Shown: positions 4,466 through 5,039 of the stretch, one piece after another
Layout: the number at the start of each line of letters is the position of its first letter
Numbering within the stretch: position 1 is the stretch's first letter
Virus record (IMG/VR): IMGVR_UViG_3300045988_011343
Coordinates: 1-5,039 of that record
Strand: one strand, 5' to 3'
DNA from: a virus
Length of the DNA stretch: 5,039 nt
Translations under genes and position numbers: made by a program
The notes under the pieces: generated by a model
The model's database searches: none
What the model saw: the letters and a program-made list of their open reading frames with translations, nothing else
What the model was told of the DNA's origin: nothing

Positions 4466-5039
4466 GCTTTCGGCCAAGAAAATGCTTATATTTACCTTCC
4501 TGAACACGGCAGCGGTCAACAAGCCGCTCATAAGTATTATTCTCCAGATTATGAAGCATCTTTTCAATACGATTATTACGAATGAATTCCATCCAGTGAG
4601 GATGCGTTTCATCGAATTTATTATCGTAATAACGAGGAGGACGCATCTTCTTACCGTTAATGACAACGAAATCATTAGCATAGCACTCCTCACCATGCTC
4701 TTCAAGCCATTTACCGCCTATACCGGGACGATTGGATGCCAACATAAACTCAGGCGTGCGGCCATTATAATGGGCAGCAGCTCTACTGCCGGTCTGTTTC
4801 TTCACTATGTAACGCGCGACGTAGGCAGCAGCATCGAAACTGAAATCACCAATAAGGTGCATACCGTATTTCCAGATTTTCGAAAAACGAGGAGAAGTAT
4901 AAGTATTATAACCGTCTGTACGGAACCGAAAAATTTTGTCGCCAAAATCAATATTAAACAATATATAATGATAATGGGGACGAGCATGAAGTTCACCATA
5001 TTCACCACAGCCGAGAAAGCGAATACCACTGCCATACTC
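4449..5039 (-). CDS. VP4: Replication initiation protein VP4, C-terminal part (4985-5039 duplicates 1-55)
   Basis: The track ORF 4449..4961 begins at an internal TTG. The frame stays open upstream to the window end: EYGSGIRFLGCGEYGELHARPHYHYI-LFNIDFGDK.... The HUH motif is RPHYHYILF, with HYH at 4968-4976. The two-tyrosine catalytic motif is AAYVARYIVKK (Tyr codons 4821-4823 and 4809-4811), the same arrangement as the phiX174 gene A protein motif YVAKYVNKK. The stop is TGA at 4449-4451. Confidence 0.9.
   Translation of the reverse strand, partial: EYGSGIRFLGCGEYGELHARPHYHYILFNIDFGDKIFRFRTDGYNTYTSPRFSKIWKYGMHLIGDFSFDAAAYVARYIVKKQTGSRAAAHYNGRTPEFMLASNRPGIGGKWLEEHGEECYANDFVVINGKKMRPPRYYDNKFDETHPHWMEFIRNNRIEKMLHNLENNTYERLVDRCRVQEGKYKHFLGRKLDNVL
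4985..5039. repeat. Terminal redundancy, copy 2 (identical to 1-55)
   Basis: Same 55-mer as nt 1-55. It lies inside the VP4 coding frame and encodes ...EYGSGIRFLGCGEYGELHA.... Confidence 0.97.

Larger units (their letters stand above)
1..4984 (-). other. One full unit of a circular ssDNA Microviridae (Gokushovirinae-like) phage genome, shown as the complement of the coding strand
   Basis: A full gokushovirus-type gene complement (VP1, VP2, VP3, VP4, VP5, small basic protein) lies on one strand in about 5 kb. The genes are tightly packed. An exact 55-nt overlap of the two window ends closes the circle and restores an intact VP4 reading frame. Confidence 0.9.

Noticed and set aside
97-5035. 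Same-strand nested ORFs 97..321, 1933..2187, 3013..3213 and 4805..5035 (hydrophobic, 66-84 aa)
   Set aside because: Each is in the +1 frame of its host gene (VP4 or VP1) and is dominated by L/I/V/F/S. T-rich third codon positions become second positions in the +1 frame, which gives hydrophobic, stop-poor translations. No SD is evident. I treat them as compositional artefacts. Only 4418..4705 is kept, as a low-interest finding.

Overview
The window holds one complete circular genome of a small ssDNA phage of the family Microviridae. The gene set looks like Gokushovirinae. The unit length is 4,984 nt, because nt 1-55 are repeated exactly at 4985-5039, which is an assembly overlap of a circle. 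The sequence is given as the reverse complement of the coding (viral) strand, and every credible gene is on the - strand.

Gene order in the direction of transcription (descending coordinates):
- VP4 replication initiator, which wraps around the window ends (376->1 joined to 4984->4449)
- 79-aa unknown ORF
- VP5-like small protein
- intrinsic terminator
- VP3 internal scaffold
- two tandem hairpins
- VP1 major capsid protein
- VP2 minor capsid/pilot protein
- 79-aa ORF with an N-terminal transmembrane helix
- 36-aa arginine-rich J/ORF8-like DNA-binding protein, which is below the cutoff of the supplied ORF track
- back to VP4

No tRNA, rRNA, CRISPR array or transposon-like element was seen.

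Observations most worth follow-up:
1. The small membrane ORF is a candidate lysis or membrane function, in a phage group where I know of no E-type lysis gene.
2. A 17-bp interrupted hairpin in the VP3-VP1 spacer has a loop containing ACTTGAT, the core of the phiX174 Rep nick site as I recall it.
3. Three TTGACA-N17-TAnnAT promoter-like sites sit exactly at gene-block boundaries. One of them is followed immediately by a terminator-shaped hairpin.
4. The unannotated Arg-rich micro-ORF is joined to the upstream gene through an ATGA stop/start overlap.

All homology statements rest on family motifs I recognise by eye. No database search was possible.
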